Assembly: GCA_046539325.1 (NCBI GenBank)
Contig: JBKHHD010000002.1
Span: 53,425-117,424 of the forward strand
DNA length: 64,000 bases
Direction: 5' to 3'
From: Candidatus Aenigmatarchaeota archaeon
GTDB taxonomy: Archaea > Aenigmatarchaeota > Aenigmatarchaeia > PWEA01
Shown here in pieces: positions 23,208 through 31,804 of the stretch. The position numbers and the translations under genes were made by a program. A model generated the notes under the pieces. That model saw nothing but the letters and a program-made list of their open reading frames with translations. It did not search any database and had not been told where the DNA came from. Positions within the stretch are counted from its first letter, which is position 1. Each line of letters begins with the position of its first letter.

Positions 23208-23597
23208 ATGACAGGATATCCGGTTCAGGTTGAGGAAGAAGACGTGAAGGCAGCAGGCATAGATCTCAGGATTTCAAGAAAGAAGGCACATAAAATCTGC
23301 AAGGAAATAAACAACAAGAAGATGAAGCTGAACAGAGCAAAGGAGTTCGCCGAGAACCTCGTCGAAGGCGACGAGAATATAGGAGGTAAAACGTACAAGA
23401 AAGCTGCGGAAGGCGTACTTGAGGTACTGAACAACGCAGAAAACAACGCAGAGTTCAAGGGAATTGACACTGGAAAGCTGAGAATCAAAACAATAACAGC
23501 AGAACCCGGAAGCACGCTCCGAAGAATGAGAAGGAGAAGGGATTTTGGAAACAGGTTAAAAACAGCTAACGTAAAAGTCGTACTTGAGAGAGGATAA
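23208..23597 (+). CDS. rpl22: Ribosomal protein uL22 (short form)
   Basis: LRISRKK, LNNAENNAEFKG; position. Confidence 0.92.
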   Translation: MTGYPVQVEEEDVKAAGIDLRISRKKAHKICKEINNKKMKLNRAKEFAENLVEGDENIGGKTYKKAAEGVLEVLNNAENNAEFKGIDTGKLRIKTITAEPGSTLRRMRRRRDFGNRLKTANVKVVLERG

Positions 23598-23598
23598 A

Positions 23599-24429
23599 AT
23601 GACACTTGAAAGAGAGTTTATCAAGAAAGGCATAAACAAGAACCAGCTGGAGGACTTTTTTGAAAGAGAGTACCCGAGAGCTGGCTACACAGGCTGTGAT
23701 ATTAAAAGAACACCTATGGGAGTTAAGATAACGATATATGCCGATAAGCCTGGTCTTATAATCGGCAGAGGTGGCGGAAGAATCGACGAGATCACAGAAA
23801 AGCTAGAGGAAGACTTCGGCTTTGAGGACCCGCAGATAGATGTAGATGAAATCGAGAAGCCTGAACTCGACGCGAAAATAATGGCAAAGGAGATAAAAAA
23901 CGCTATCGAGAACGGCGCCAGCTACAAGAGAGTTGCTGGAGGAGTTTTAAGAAGTATAATGAACAGAGGGGCTGCCGGAGCTGAGATAAAGATATCCGGC
24001 AAGCTTTCAGGAGCAAGAGGAAGGACGGAAAGGTTCCAGGATGGATATATGAAAAGCTGTGGTGAACCTGCGAAAAGACTTGTGGACAAGGCTGTGATGC
24101 ATGCAAAGACCAAGCCCGGTACAATAGGAGTAAAGGTAAAGATAATGGAAGAGAAGCCGGACGAAGGGCTGAAGGACGTGGAAGAGGAGACGGAAGAAGA
24201 GGAGAAAGAAGAGGAGACGGAAGAAGAGTTTGACCTTACAGAGGAAAAGGTAAATGAAATAATTGACTCATCGATTTCAGGGGCAAAGGACAAGATAAGG
24301 GAAATTGAAGACGAACTGGACCTCGAGGACTATAAGAAGATACTCGATTACGAAATGGACGACAAGAAGAGGAAGGGCATGATGAAGTTCCTGAAGAAAA
24401 AAGTGGATGAATTCAGCGAGGAGGAATAA
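23599..24429 (+). CDS. rps3: Ribosomal protein uS3 with acidic C-terminal extension
   Basis: PGLIIGRGG KH motif, GTIGVKVKI. Confidence 0.97.
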   Translation: MTLEREFIKKGINKNQLEDFFEREYPRAGYTGCDIKRTPMGVKITIYADKPGLIIGRGGGRIDEITEKLEEDFGFEDPQIDVDEIEKPELDAKIMAKEIKNAIENGASYKRVAGGVLRSIMNRGAAGAEIKISGKLSGARGRTERFQDGYMKSCGEPAKRLVDKAVMHAKTKPGTIGVKVKIMEEKPDEGLKDVEEETEEEEKEEETEEEFDLTEEKVNEIIDSSISGAKDKIREIEDELDLEDYKKILDYEMDDKKRKGMMKFLKKKVDEFSEEE

Positions 24430-24430
24430 T

Positions 24431-24625
24431 ATGGCGATACTGACTACGGAAGAAATGGAAGATATGAGCAAGGATAACCTGGAGGAAAGGCTTGACGAGC
24501 TTCAGCTGGAGCTCGCAAAGGAAAAGGCACAGGTCAAAATAGGCGGTGTACCGGAAAATCCAGGTAAGATGAACGAGATGAAAAGGACCATAGCAAGGAT
24601 AAAAACAAAACTTTCCGAGATGTGA
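24431..24625 (+). CDS. rpl29: Ribosomal protein uL29
   Basis: ENPGKM..MKRTIARIKT. Confidence 0.95.
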   Translation: MAILTTEEMEDMSKDNLEERLDELQLELAKEKAQVKIGGVPENPGKMNEMKRTIARIKTKLSEM

Positions 24626-24636
24626 GGTGAAAATAA

Positions 24637-24942
24637 ATCGCTAACTGTCCCGACTGTGGTATGCCGGAGGAACTCTGTGTCTGCGATACCATAGCAAAGG
24701 AAGAGGAAAAGATAGAGGTTCGCAAGACAAGGAGGAGCTACGGAAAGGAACTCACCATAGTAGAAAACGTTTCGGAAGATATGAACCCTGAGGAACTCGC
24801 AAAGAAGTTAAAGAAAAACCTTGCGTGTGGCGGAACTTATAAGGAAGGTAGGATAGAACTACAGGGCGACCACCTACGGAGGATAAAGGACATCCTCATC
24901 GAGGAGGGCTTCCCTGAAGGCAAGATAGAAATAAAGAACTGA
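24637..24942 (+). CDS. sui1: Translation initiation factor aIF1 (SUI1), probable ATC start
   Basis: LACGGT, IELQGDH; N-terminal CPDCG lies upstream of the first ATG. Confidence 0.92.
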   Translation: MANCPDCGMPEELCVCDTIAKEEEKIEVRKTRRSYGKELTIVENVSEDMNPEELAKKLKKNLACGGTYKEGRIELQGDHLRRIKDILIEEGFPEGKIEIKN

Positions 24943-24943
24943 T

Positions 24944-25222
24944 ATGAGAAAGGTCGAAAACCTCCCCAGGCACGAGCTGATCGGTCTGGAGATGGAGGTA
25001 GTTGAAAGCGAGAATACGTCGGAGGAGGGCATACACGGGAAGGTGGTGGACGAACACAAAAGTGTTTTAAAAGTTGAGTGCGAAGGTGATGAGAAAACCT
25101 TGAGGAAAAGGGGACGCGTGTTTAAGTTCGAGCTCCCTTCAGGAAAAAAGTGCAAGATCGAAGGTGAACTCCTGGAAGGACGTCCCGAGGAAAGAATAAA
25201 GAAAAAATTGAGGAAATGGTGA
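24944..25222 (+). CDS. rnp1: RNase P protein component 1 (Rpp29)
   Basis: HELIGL, GKVVDE, GRPEERIK. Confidence 0.93.
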   Translation: MRKVENLPRHELIGLEMEVVESENTSEEGIHGKVVDEHKSVLKVECEGDEKTLRKRGRVFKFELPSGKKCKIEGELLEGRPEERIKKKLRKW

Positions 25223-25226
25223 AAAA

Positions 25227-25544
25227 ATGGCACTAGGACTAGGCGTGAAGGCTCCAGAGAAGGAGTGCGAAGACAAAAACTGTCCGTTCCACGGACAGCT
25301 TCCGGTTAGAGGTAGAACCTTTGAGGGTGTAGTTACCTCAAAGAACGGAAAAACCGTGACTGTGAAATGGCAGTACCATCACCATGTACCGAAGTACGAG
25401 AGGTATATGAGAAGAAACACAAAGGTCATGACACACTGTCCGCCGTGTATGGATATTGAGGAAGGCGATGAAGTCAAGATAGGTGAAACCAGACCCATAT
25501 CAAAAGGTAAAAGCTTCGTCGTGATTGAAAAGCTAGGTGAATAA
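25227..25544 (+). CDS. rps17: Ribosomal protein uS17
   Basis: CPFHG, PKYERY, GETRPISK. Confidence 0.97.
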   Translation: MALGLGVKAPEKECEDKNCPFHGQLPVRGRTFEGVVTSKNGKTVTVKWQYHHHVPKYERYMRRNTKVMTHCPPCMDIEEGDEVKIGETRPISKGKSFVVIEKLGE

Positions 25545-25545
25545 A

Positions 25546-25944
25546 ATGAGAGCTGTTGGGAGCAAAGTTACAAGAGGAATAGGAGTTGGCGCAAAGCTCG
25601 AGTGTGTAGACAACACTGGAGCAAAGTTGTTGAAGGTAGCTTCAGTTGTAAACTATAAGGGGACAAGACAGAGACAGCCTAAGGCGGGAGTGGGCGACGT
25701 TGTAAGATGTTCCGTGGTAAAGGGCTCGCCTGATATGAGGGAGGAAACACCCCTCGCAGTAATCGTAAGACAGAAAAAGGACTGGAGAAGACCCAGTGGA
25801 AGGAGGGTCAAGTTCAATGACAACGCAGCCGTACTGATAAATGAAAGGAACGAGCCACGTGGAAGCGAGGTAAGGAGAGCAATAGCAAAGGAGGTAGTCG
25901 AAAGGTTCCCTGAGATAGGAAAGGTTGCAAGAGTTGTGGTATAA
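25546..25944 (+). CDS. rpl14: Ribosomal protein uL14
   Basis: DNTGAK, FNDNAAV. Confidence 0.97.
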   Translation: MRAVGSKVTRGIGVGAKLECVDNTGAKLLKVASVVNYKGTRQRQPKAGVGDVVRCSVVKGSPDMREETPLAVIVRQKKDWRRPSGRRVKFNDNAAVLINERNEPRGSEVRRAIAKEVVERFPEIGKVARVVV

Positions 25945-26468
25945 TGAAAACAAAGAAACCTGACAAACAAAGGAAAAGAGCTGCAGAAGCTCCGATGCAC
26001 AGGAGACAGAAGAAGGTCTCGGCTATACTTGAAAAGGATCTTAGGGACGACTTTGGAAGAAGGAGTTTGCCTCTCAGGAACGGCGACGAAGTAAAGGTAA
26101 TGAGGGGAGACTTTAAAGGAAAAGAAGACGAGGTCCGCGGAGTAGATCTTAAAAATATGAAGGTCACCCTAGAAAATCTTGAAAATGAAAAGGTAGACGG
26201 TACAGAGGTAAGGCCCAAAATAGATCCATCGAACTTAATGATACTGGAACCTGATCTCTCGGACAGGGAAAGGGAAGAAATAATCAAAAGGTCGGGCGGC
26301 GAGGTCTCGGAAGAGTTTAAGAAGACAGAAGAGGAAGAAGTGGAGGAAGAGGAAGAAAAGACGGAGGAAGAAGGGTTCAAATGTGAGATATGTGGAGACA
26401 CATTCGACTCAAAACAAGGACTTAATGTACACAAAGGAAAGGCACATCCAGACTACATGAAGTCGTGA
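25944..26468 (+). CDS. rpl24: Ribosomal protein uL24 with C-terminal C2H2 zinc finger
   Basis: GDEVKVMRGDFKG KOW motif; tail CEICGDTFDSKQGLNVHKGKAH. Confidence 0.95.
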   Translation: MKTKKPDKQRKRAAEAPMHRRQKKVSAILEKDLRDDFGRRSLPLRNGDEVKVMRGDFKGKEDEVRGVDLKNMKVTLENLENEKVDGTEVRPKIDPSNLMILEPDLSDREREEIIKRSGGEVSEEFKKTEEEEVEEEEEKTEEEGFKCEICGDTFDSKQGLNVHKGKAHPDYMKS

Positions 26469-26478
26469 GGTAGATATT

Positions 26479-27183
26479 ATGACAAGACACCAAAAAGCGT
26501 TATCTTCACCGAAAACTTACCCAATAAAGAGAAAGGAAAGAAGCTGGGCGATAAAGCCTAGTCCAGGTCCACATTCCGAAGAGAACTGTGTACCGCTAGG
26601 TATAATTGTAAGGGACGTTCTTGGATACGCGGAAACTGTAAGTGAAGTTAAGGGAATTCTAGAGGAAGATAAATGCAGCGTTGATGGAAGAAAGGTAAGG
26701 GACCACAGATTCCCTCTTGGAATCTTCGACTCACTGAGACTTGGTGATGAATACTTCCGTCTGGTTCCATCGAAAAAAGGTTTCGAGCTTGTAAGGATAG
26801 ACAAACAGGAAGCTGGAAAGAAGCTTTGCAGAGTAGAGGATAAAAATGTACTGAAAGGCGGGGAAATTCAGCTGGCTTTGAATGACGGAAGGACAGTTGT
26901 AGCGGACGGGGAACTGAAGGATATAGATACAGGATCTTCCCTTATACTTTCACTGGAAGATAACGAATGTGACAATATACTGAAGCTGGAAGAAGGACAG
27001 GACGTAATGATAATGGGAGGTAAGAACAGGGGCGAGTTTGCCTCTTTCATAGAAAAGAAGATCCTCAAGGGAAGCAGGGAAGACAGAGTACTTATCGAGC
27101 AGGACGGCGAGGAGATAGATCTTCCACAAAGCCTTGTAATACCCATAGATAAAGACGAAATAAAGATAGAAGCCGAAGAGTGA
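26479..27183 (+). CDS. rps4e: Ribosomal protein eS4
   Basis: PSPGPH, VDGRKVRD. Confidence 0.95.
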   Translation: MTRHQKALSSPKTYPIKRKERSWAIKPSPGPHSEENCVPLGIIVRDVLGYAETVSEVKGILEEDKCSVDGRKVRDHRFPLGIFDSLRLGDEYFRLVPSKKGFELVRIDKQEAGKKLCRVEDKNVLKGGEIQLALNDGRTVVADGELKDIDTGSSLILSLEDNECDNILKLEEGQDVMIMGGKNRGEFASFIEKKILKGSREDRVLIEQDGEEIDLPQSLVIPIDKDEIKIEAEE

Positions 27184-27187
27184 AAAT

Positions 27188-27703
27188 ATGTCTGAGGAAA
27201 ATCCAATGAGAGAGATCGAACTTCAGAAGGTAGTCCTCAATATAGGTACAGGAGGTCCAGGTGAAGAGCTCGAAAAGGCTAAAAACCTTCTAGAGGACCT
27301 AACAGGAAGAGAAGCAAAGGTCACAGAGGCGAAGAGCAGGAGCGCTTTCGGTGTATCAAAGGGAAGGGATATAGGCGTTATGGTAACACTCCGTGGTGAG
27401 GAAGCCGAAGAGTTCCTTGAAAGAGCGCTTAAGGCCAGGGACCACAAGCTAAAAAGAAGTAGCTTCGACGACCAAGGAAACTTTTCAGTAGGGATTCAGG
27501 AACATATAGACCTTCCTGGAACCGACTACGATCCAGAAGTCGGCATATTCGGTATGGATATAACAGCTACGCTTGAAAGACCTGGATTTTCCATAAAGAG
27601 AAAAAAGATACCCAAAAAGATAGGAGAAAATCATAAAATAACAAAGCAAGAGGCTATAGATTTCATGAAAGAAAAATTCAACATTGAAATAACTGGTGAA
27701 TAA
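27188..27703 (+). CDS. rpl5: Ribosomal protein uL5
   Basis: NPMREI, VTLRG, GIFGMD. Confidence 0.97.
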   Translation: MSEENPMREIELQKVVLNIGTGGPGEELEKAKNLLEDLTGREAKVTEAKSRSAFGVSKGRDIGVMVTLRGEEAEEFLERALKARDHKLKRSSFDDQGNFSVGIQEHIDLPGTDYDPEVGIFGMDITATLERPGFSIKRKKIPKKIGENHKITKQEAIDFMKEKFNIEITGE

Positions 27704-27704
27704 A

Positions 27705-27836
27705 ATGGCAAAGAAAGAAGTTCCAAAATGCAGAAGGTGCGGTAACAACTGGGGAATAATAAGGAAGTACGATCTGTATATATGCAGGCAGTGCTTCAGA
27801 GAGGTAGCTGAGGAACTTGGATTTGAAAAATACTAG
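27705..27836 (+). CDS. rps14: Ribosomal protein uS14 (not in ORF track)
   Basis: [20 protein letters not shown]. Confidence 0.95.
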   Translation: MAKKEVPKCRRCGNNWGIIRKYDLYICRQCFREVAEELGFEKY

Positions 27837-27844
27837 GTGTTAAA

Positions 27845-28231
27845 ATGAAGCAATCAATACTTTCAGACTGCATGTCAACAATAAAGAACGCAGAAAACGT
27901 TGGCAAGGATAGATGCACTGTAGAGTCTTCAAAAATAGTACTTGAAGCCCTGAAGACACTCCAGAAAGAGGAATACATCGGCGAGTTCGAAAAGATAGAG
28001 GACAACAGAGGAGACAAGTTCAGGATAGAGCTACTGGGAACCATAAACGACTGCAACGCAATAAGGCCAAGGTTTTCGGTGAAGAAGGACGAATACGAGG
28101 ACTGGGAGAAGAGGTATCTACCTGCCAAAGGAATGGGCTTCCTCATAGTCAGTACTTCAAGAGGCATAATGACGCATGAAGAGGCGAAGTCCAAAGGAAT
28201 AGGCGGAAAGCTCGTAGCTTACGTTTACTGA
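27845..28231 (+). CDS. rps8: Ribosomal protein uS8
   Basis: STSRGIMTHEEA. Confidence 0.97.
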   Translation: MKQSILSDCMSTIKNAENVGKDRCTVESSKIVLEALKTLQKEEYIGEFEKIEDNRGDKFRIELLGTINDCNAIRPRFSVKKDEYEDWEKRYLPAKGMGFLIVSTSRGIMTHEEAKSKGIGGKLVAYVY

Positions 28232-28238
28232 TGATAGT

Positions 28239-28772
28239 ATGAAGAGAAAAATCGATGTACCAGAAGACATGGAAGTAGAGGTCACAGACACAGGTGTAGA
28301 TGTCAAAGGCGATGGTGATGAGGTAAACGTCGAGATCAACCATCCACTTATCGATATAAGCTCTGGGAATGGATCTGTCGTTATAGAAACGAAGAAGGAA
28401 ACTAAAAAGACTGGCAGCATTTCAAAGACATTCGAATCAAAGATAGAGAACGCTATAAAGGGGATAAAGGAAGGTTACGAATACAAGCTAAAGGTAATAT
28501 ACAAACATTTCCCAATGGAAGTTAGGGAACAAGGCAACAAGCTCGTGGTCTCAAACTTCCTTGGCGAGAAAAAGGACAGAGAAGCTGACATACTGGACGG
28601 TGTGGAAGTCGAAGTGGACGGCGAAGATATATTTGTAAGGGGTGCCGACAAAGACAAGGTCGGTCAAACAGCTGCAAACATAGAAAGGGATATGCAGGCA
28701 CCGAACAAGAAGGATAGAAGAGTTTTCGAGGACGGAATATATATAGTTGAAAAACCCTCCACGGAGAACTGA
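28239..28772 (+). CDS. rpl6: Ribosomal protein uL6
   Basis: HFPM, NFLGEK, DRRVFEDGIY. Confidence 0.97.
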   Translation: MKRKIDVPEDMEVEVTDTGVDVKGDGDEVNVEINHPLIDISSGNGSVVIETKKETKKTGSISKTFESKIENAIKGIKEGYEYKLKVIYKHFPMEVREQGNKLVVSNFLGEKKDREADILDGVEVEVDGEDIFVRGADKDKVGQTAANIERDMQAPNKKDRRVFEDGIYIVEKPSTEN

Positions 28773-28776
28773 TAAG

Positions 28777-29091
28777 ATGTCGGACAAAAAATTCAAAAGG
28801 CAGAACTCGAGCAGAAAGCTCAACGATTCATGGAGAAAGCCAAAGGGCCACCACTCCTCCATGAGGAAAAAGAAGGGAGGTCAGGGAAAGATGCCCTCAC
28901 CAGGCTACGGAAGCGAAAACAAAGGTATGCACCCTTCAGGCTACTACGAGGTCCTCGTACGTAATATAGACGACCTGGAAGAAATAGACAAAGACGAGGA
29001 AGCGGCCAGAATAAGCTCAAAACTGGGGAAAAGGAAAAAGGAGGAAATAGTTGAAAAAGCCGAAGAAATGGAAATAAAGGTTTTGAACTGA
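28777..29091 (+). CDS. rpl32e: Ribosomal protein eL32
   Basis: FKRQ, WRKPKG, HPSG. Confidence 0.95.
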   Translation: MSDKKFKRQNSSRKLNDSWRKPKGHHSSMRKKKGGQGKMPSPGYGSENKGMHPSGYYEVLVRNIDDLEEIDKDEEAARISSKLGKRKKEEIVEKAEEMEIKVLN

Positions 29092-29100
29092 GGAGGTAAA

Positions 29101-29262
29101 ATGTTTTTGAGATTTGAGGAAACTAAATGTCCTCTTTGTGGGACTTCAGGAAAGGACTCGGACATAGAAGAGCTTTCGGACTGCCCTAAATGTGGGGCAA
29201 AGTTCAACGAGTTCGGAGTTGTACACGCTCCACAAACAGAGAGAAATATCCACTGGACATGA
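29101..29262 (+). CDS. 53-aa CPxC-CPxC zinc-ribbon protein (not in ORF track)
   Basis: GGAGGT SD; MFLRFEETKCPLCGTSGKDSDIEELSDCPKCGAKFNEFGVVHAPQTERNIHWT. Confidence 0.85.
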   Translation: MFLRFEETKCPLCGTSGKDSDIEELSDCPKCGAKFNEFGVVHAPQTERNIHWT

Positions 29263-29272
29263 GGTGTTGAGA

Positions 29273-29728
29273 TTGGACCTATCCACACAGAAAGAAATGG
29301 CAGCAGACGTCTTGGACTGCGGGAAGAACAAGGTATGGATAGACTCGGAAAGGCAAGAAGAAGTAGTGGACGCTATAACTAAGGCCGATATAAGAAGGCT
29401 TGTCCAGAAAGGTATAATAAAGGAAAAGGAAAGCAACGGACAGTCAAGGTCCAGAACAAGAAAGAAACAAGCACAGAAGAAGAAAGGCAGGAGGAAGGGA
29501 CATGGCAGAAGAAAGGGCTCGACGAAAAAAAGAAAGAAGAAATGGATAAGCAGGATAAGGGCCCAGAGGAAGCTGCTAAAAGAGTTAAGAGACAATGGTA
29601 AAATTGATAGGTCCACGTACAGAAGCCTTTACAAAAAGTCAAAGGGCGGAAGATTCGATTCGAAAAAACAGTTAAAAAACTTTATCAAGAAAGAAGGTAT
29701 GCTGAAACAAGGTGAGGATCTTGAATAA
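29273..29728 (+). CDS. rpl19e: Ribosomal protein eL19 (TTG start)
   Basis: KVWID, GHGRRKG, YKKSKGG. Confidence 0.95.
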   Translation: MDLSTQKEMAADVLDCGKNKVWIDSERQEEVVDAITKADIRRLVQKGIIKEKESNGQSRSRTRKKQAQKKKGRRKGHGRRKGSTKKRKKKWISRIRAQRKLLKELRDNGKIDRSTYRSLYKKSKGGRFDSKKQLKNFIKKEGMLKQGEDLE

Positions 29729-30281
29729 CGACATTAAAAGAAGGAGGAAGGAGAAGAAGACCGACTACAACCAGAGGCTCAAGCTTCTGAAGAGCGGCGA
29801 GCCTAGGTTGGTAGTAAGGAAAAGCAATAACCATACGAGAATCCAGCTCACTGCATGGAAGGAAGATGGAGACGAAGTTTTAGCTAGAGGCGCAACAGAT
29901 GAGCTCGAGGAGTTCGGCTGGAAAGGACATACAGGAAACCTACCCGCAGCTTATCTGGCAGGATACCTTATGGGTCAAAGAGCGCAGGAGAAAGGTATAG
30001 ATAAATGTATACTTGATATCGGATTACAGAAGAACACGCAGGAAAACAGAATATATGCCGCCGTAAAAGGTGTTAGAGATGCAGGAGTTGAAGTTCCCGT
30101 AAGCGAGGAAATGATCCCTTCAGAAGAGAGAATTCAAGGAAAACATATAGAAGAACACGCCTCTGAAATGAACGAAGGCGAGAAGAAAGAAAAGTTTTCA
30201 GGCCTTATAGAAAAAGGCTTTGATCCAGAGAAGATAACCCAAAACTTTGAAAACGTTAAACAAAATATAGGTGAAGAATAA
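29721..30281 (+). CDS. rpl18: Ribosomal protein uL18
   Basis: KTDY..RL.LLKS, PAAYLAG. Confidence 0.96.
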   Translation: MNNDIKRRRKEKKTDYNQRLKLLKSGEPRLVVRKSNNHTRIQLTAWKEDGDEVLARGATDELEEFGWKGHTGNLPAAYLAGYLMGQRAQEKGIDKCILDIGLQKNTQENRIYAAVKGVRDAGVEVPVSEEMIPSEERIQGKHIEEHASEMNEGEKKEKFSGLIEKGFDPEKITQNFENVKQNIGEE

Positions 30282-30988
30282 TGCCAGAAGAACAAACAAA
30301 GGACTGGACGCCACAGACAGAACTCGGCAAAGAAGTCGTAGACGGTAAGATAACCTCAGTAGATGAAGTATTTGAGCAGGGCAGGAAGATAATGGAGCCT
30401 GAAATAGTAGATATTCTCCTTCCGAACCTCGACCATGAGCTTGTACTTGTAGGTGGTTCACCTGGCAAAGGTGGTGGAATAAGAAGAACACCCGCCAAAA
30501 GAACGGCAAAGATGCATAAAAGTGGAAGGAAGTACAAGATGACAGCCCTAGCTGTAATAGGAAACAGAAACGGTTACGCCGGAATAGGAGAAGGGCAAGC
30601 TTCTGGCTCAGGAGCTTTCCGAACAGCTATACAGAAGGCTATAAGCAACTCAAAGCTAAATATAATACCTGTCAGAAGGGGCTGCGGTTCATGGGAGTGC
30701 GAATGTGCCTCGCACCACTCCATACCCACACAAGTAGAAGGTAAGTCAGGAAGCGTGAGAGTAGTGCTGAAGCCAGCCCCAAGAGGTGTAGGCCTTGTAG
30801 TCTCAGATGAAGTCAAGAAGTTCCTACAGCTAGCTGGAATAGAGGACTGCTGGGCAAAGACGTTTGGAAAGACTAGAACAAGAGGGAATCTGATAAAGGC
30901 TGTATACAACGCCCTGAGGAACCTCAACCAGCTCAAAATTAACGACGAGTTCAAGGAAAAATCAGGAAGTTTGATAGGTGAAGCATGA
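30281..30988 (+). CDS. rps5: Ribosomal protein uS5
   Basis: RGCGSWEC, PAPRGVGL. Confidence 0.97.
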   Translation: MPEEQTKDWTPQTELGKEVVDGKITSVDEVFEQGRKIMEPEIVDILLPNLDHELVLVGGSPGKGGGIRRTPAKRTAKMHKSGRKYKMTALAVIGNRNGYAGIGEGQASGSGAFRTAIQKAISNSKLNIIPVRRGCGSWECECASHHSIPTQVEGKSGSVRVVLKPAPRGVGLVVSDEVKKFLQLAGIEDCWAKTFGKTRTRGNLIKAVYNALRNLNQLKINDEFKEKSGSLIGEA

Positions 30989-31386
30989 TGTACGCAGCAG
31001 TTAGAATAAGGGGTGAGGTTGGCGTAAACAAGGAGTTAGAGGATACTCTAAAGATGCTTAACCTGAACAAAAAGTTCAGCTGCACTCTGCTACCTGAAAC
31101 GGAAGACTACGAAGGTATGCTTAAGAAGGTAAAGAGCTTCGTTGCATGGGGACAGGTCGATAAAGAAGTCACAGAAGAGATACTTGAAAAGAAAAGCGTT
31201 GAAGAGGCAGAGGAAGTAGTAGAGGCCCTCGAAGAAGGAGAAAGTCTCAGTAAGATCGGCGCGAAAAGGAGCTTCCCGCTTTCGCCACCCTCAGGAGGGT
31301 TCAGTAAAAGTACAAAGAAGCTCTATCCAAAGGGTGAAGCAGGCAAAAGAGACGATATCAACAAGCTACTTGAGAGGATGATTTAG
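30985..31386 (+). CDS. rpl30: Ribosomal protein uL30
   Basis: AVRIRG, LSPPSGG. Confidence 0.94.
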   Translation: MMYAAVRIRGEVGVNKELEDTLKMLNLNKKFSCTLLPETEDYEGMLKKVKSFVAWGQVDKEVTEEILEKKSVEEAEEVVEALEEGESLSKIGAKRSFPLSPPSGGFSKSTKKLYPKGEAGKRDDINKLLERMI

Positions 31387-31387
31387 T

Positions 31388-31804
31388 ATGGGTAAAAAGA
31401 AAAAGCACAGAGGTTCAGGAACACACGGCGGAGGTTCAAAGAAGAAGAGAAGGGGAGCAGGAAACCGTGGCGGACGAGGTAAGGGTGGTGGCAAGCATAG
31501 GAAGATCAAATACCAGAAAGAAAAGAAAGTTGAAAAAGGTTTCAAGAGACCTGGAGCAGTTAAGGACAGTAAAAGGGGTATAAATATAAAGGAGCTTGAG
31601 GGGAGGCTCAAGGAGTTTATAGAAATAGGTGCCTGTGAGAAAGAAGATGGTGTTTATAAAATAAACTTAAAGGAAGCAGGCTACGATAAGCTTCTTGGCT
31701 CCGGAAAGATTACAGAGAAACTAGAAGTGGAAGCCGAAGACTTCTCAAAAAAGGCCAAGGAAAAACTGGAGGAAAGAGGAGGAAGCGTAATTGAACTATC
31801 GTGA
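31388..31804 (+). CDS. rpl15: Ribosomal protein uL15
   Basis: RGSGTHGGG, KLLGSG. Confidence 0.95.
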   Translation: MGKKKKHRGSGTHGGGSKKKRRGAGNRGGRGKGGGKHRKIKYQKEKKVEKGFKRPGAVKDSKRGINIKELEGRLKEFIEIGACEKEDGVYKINLKEAGYDKLLGSGKITEKLEVEAEDFSKKAKEKLEERGGSVIELS

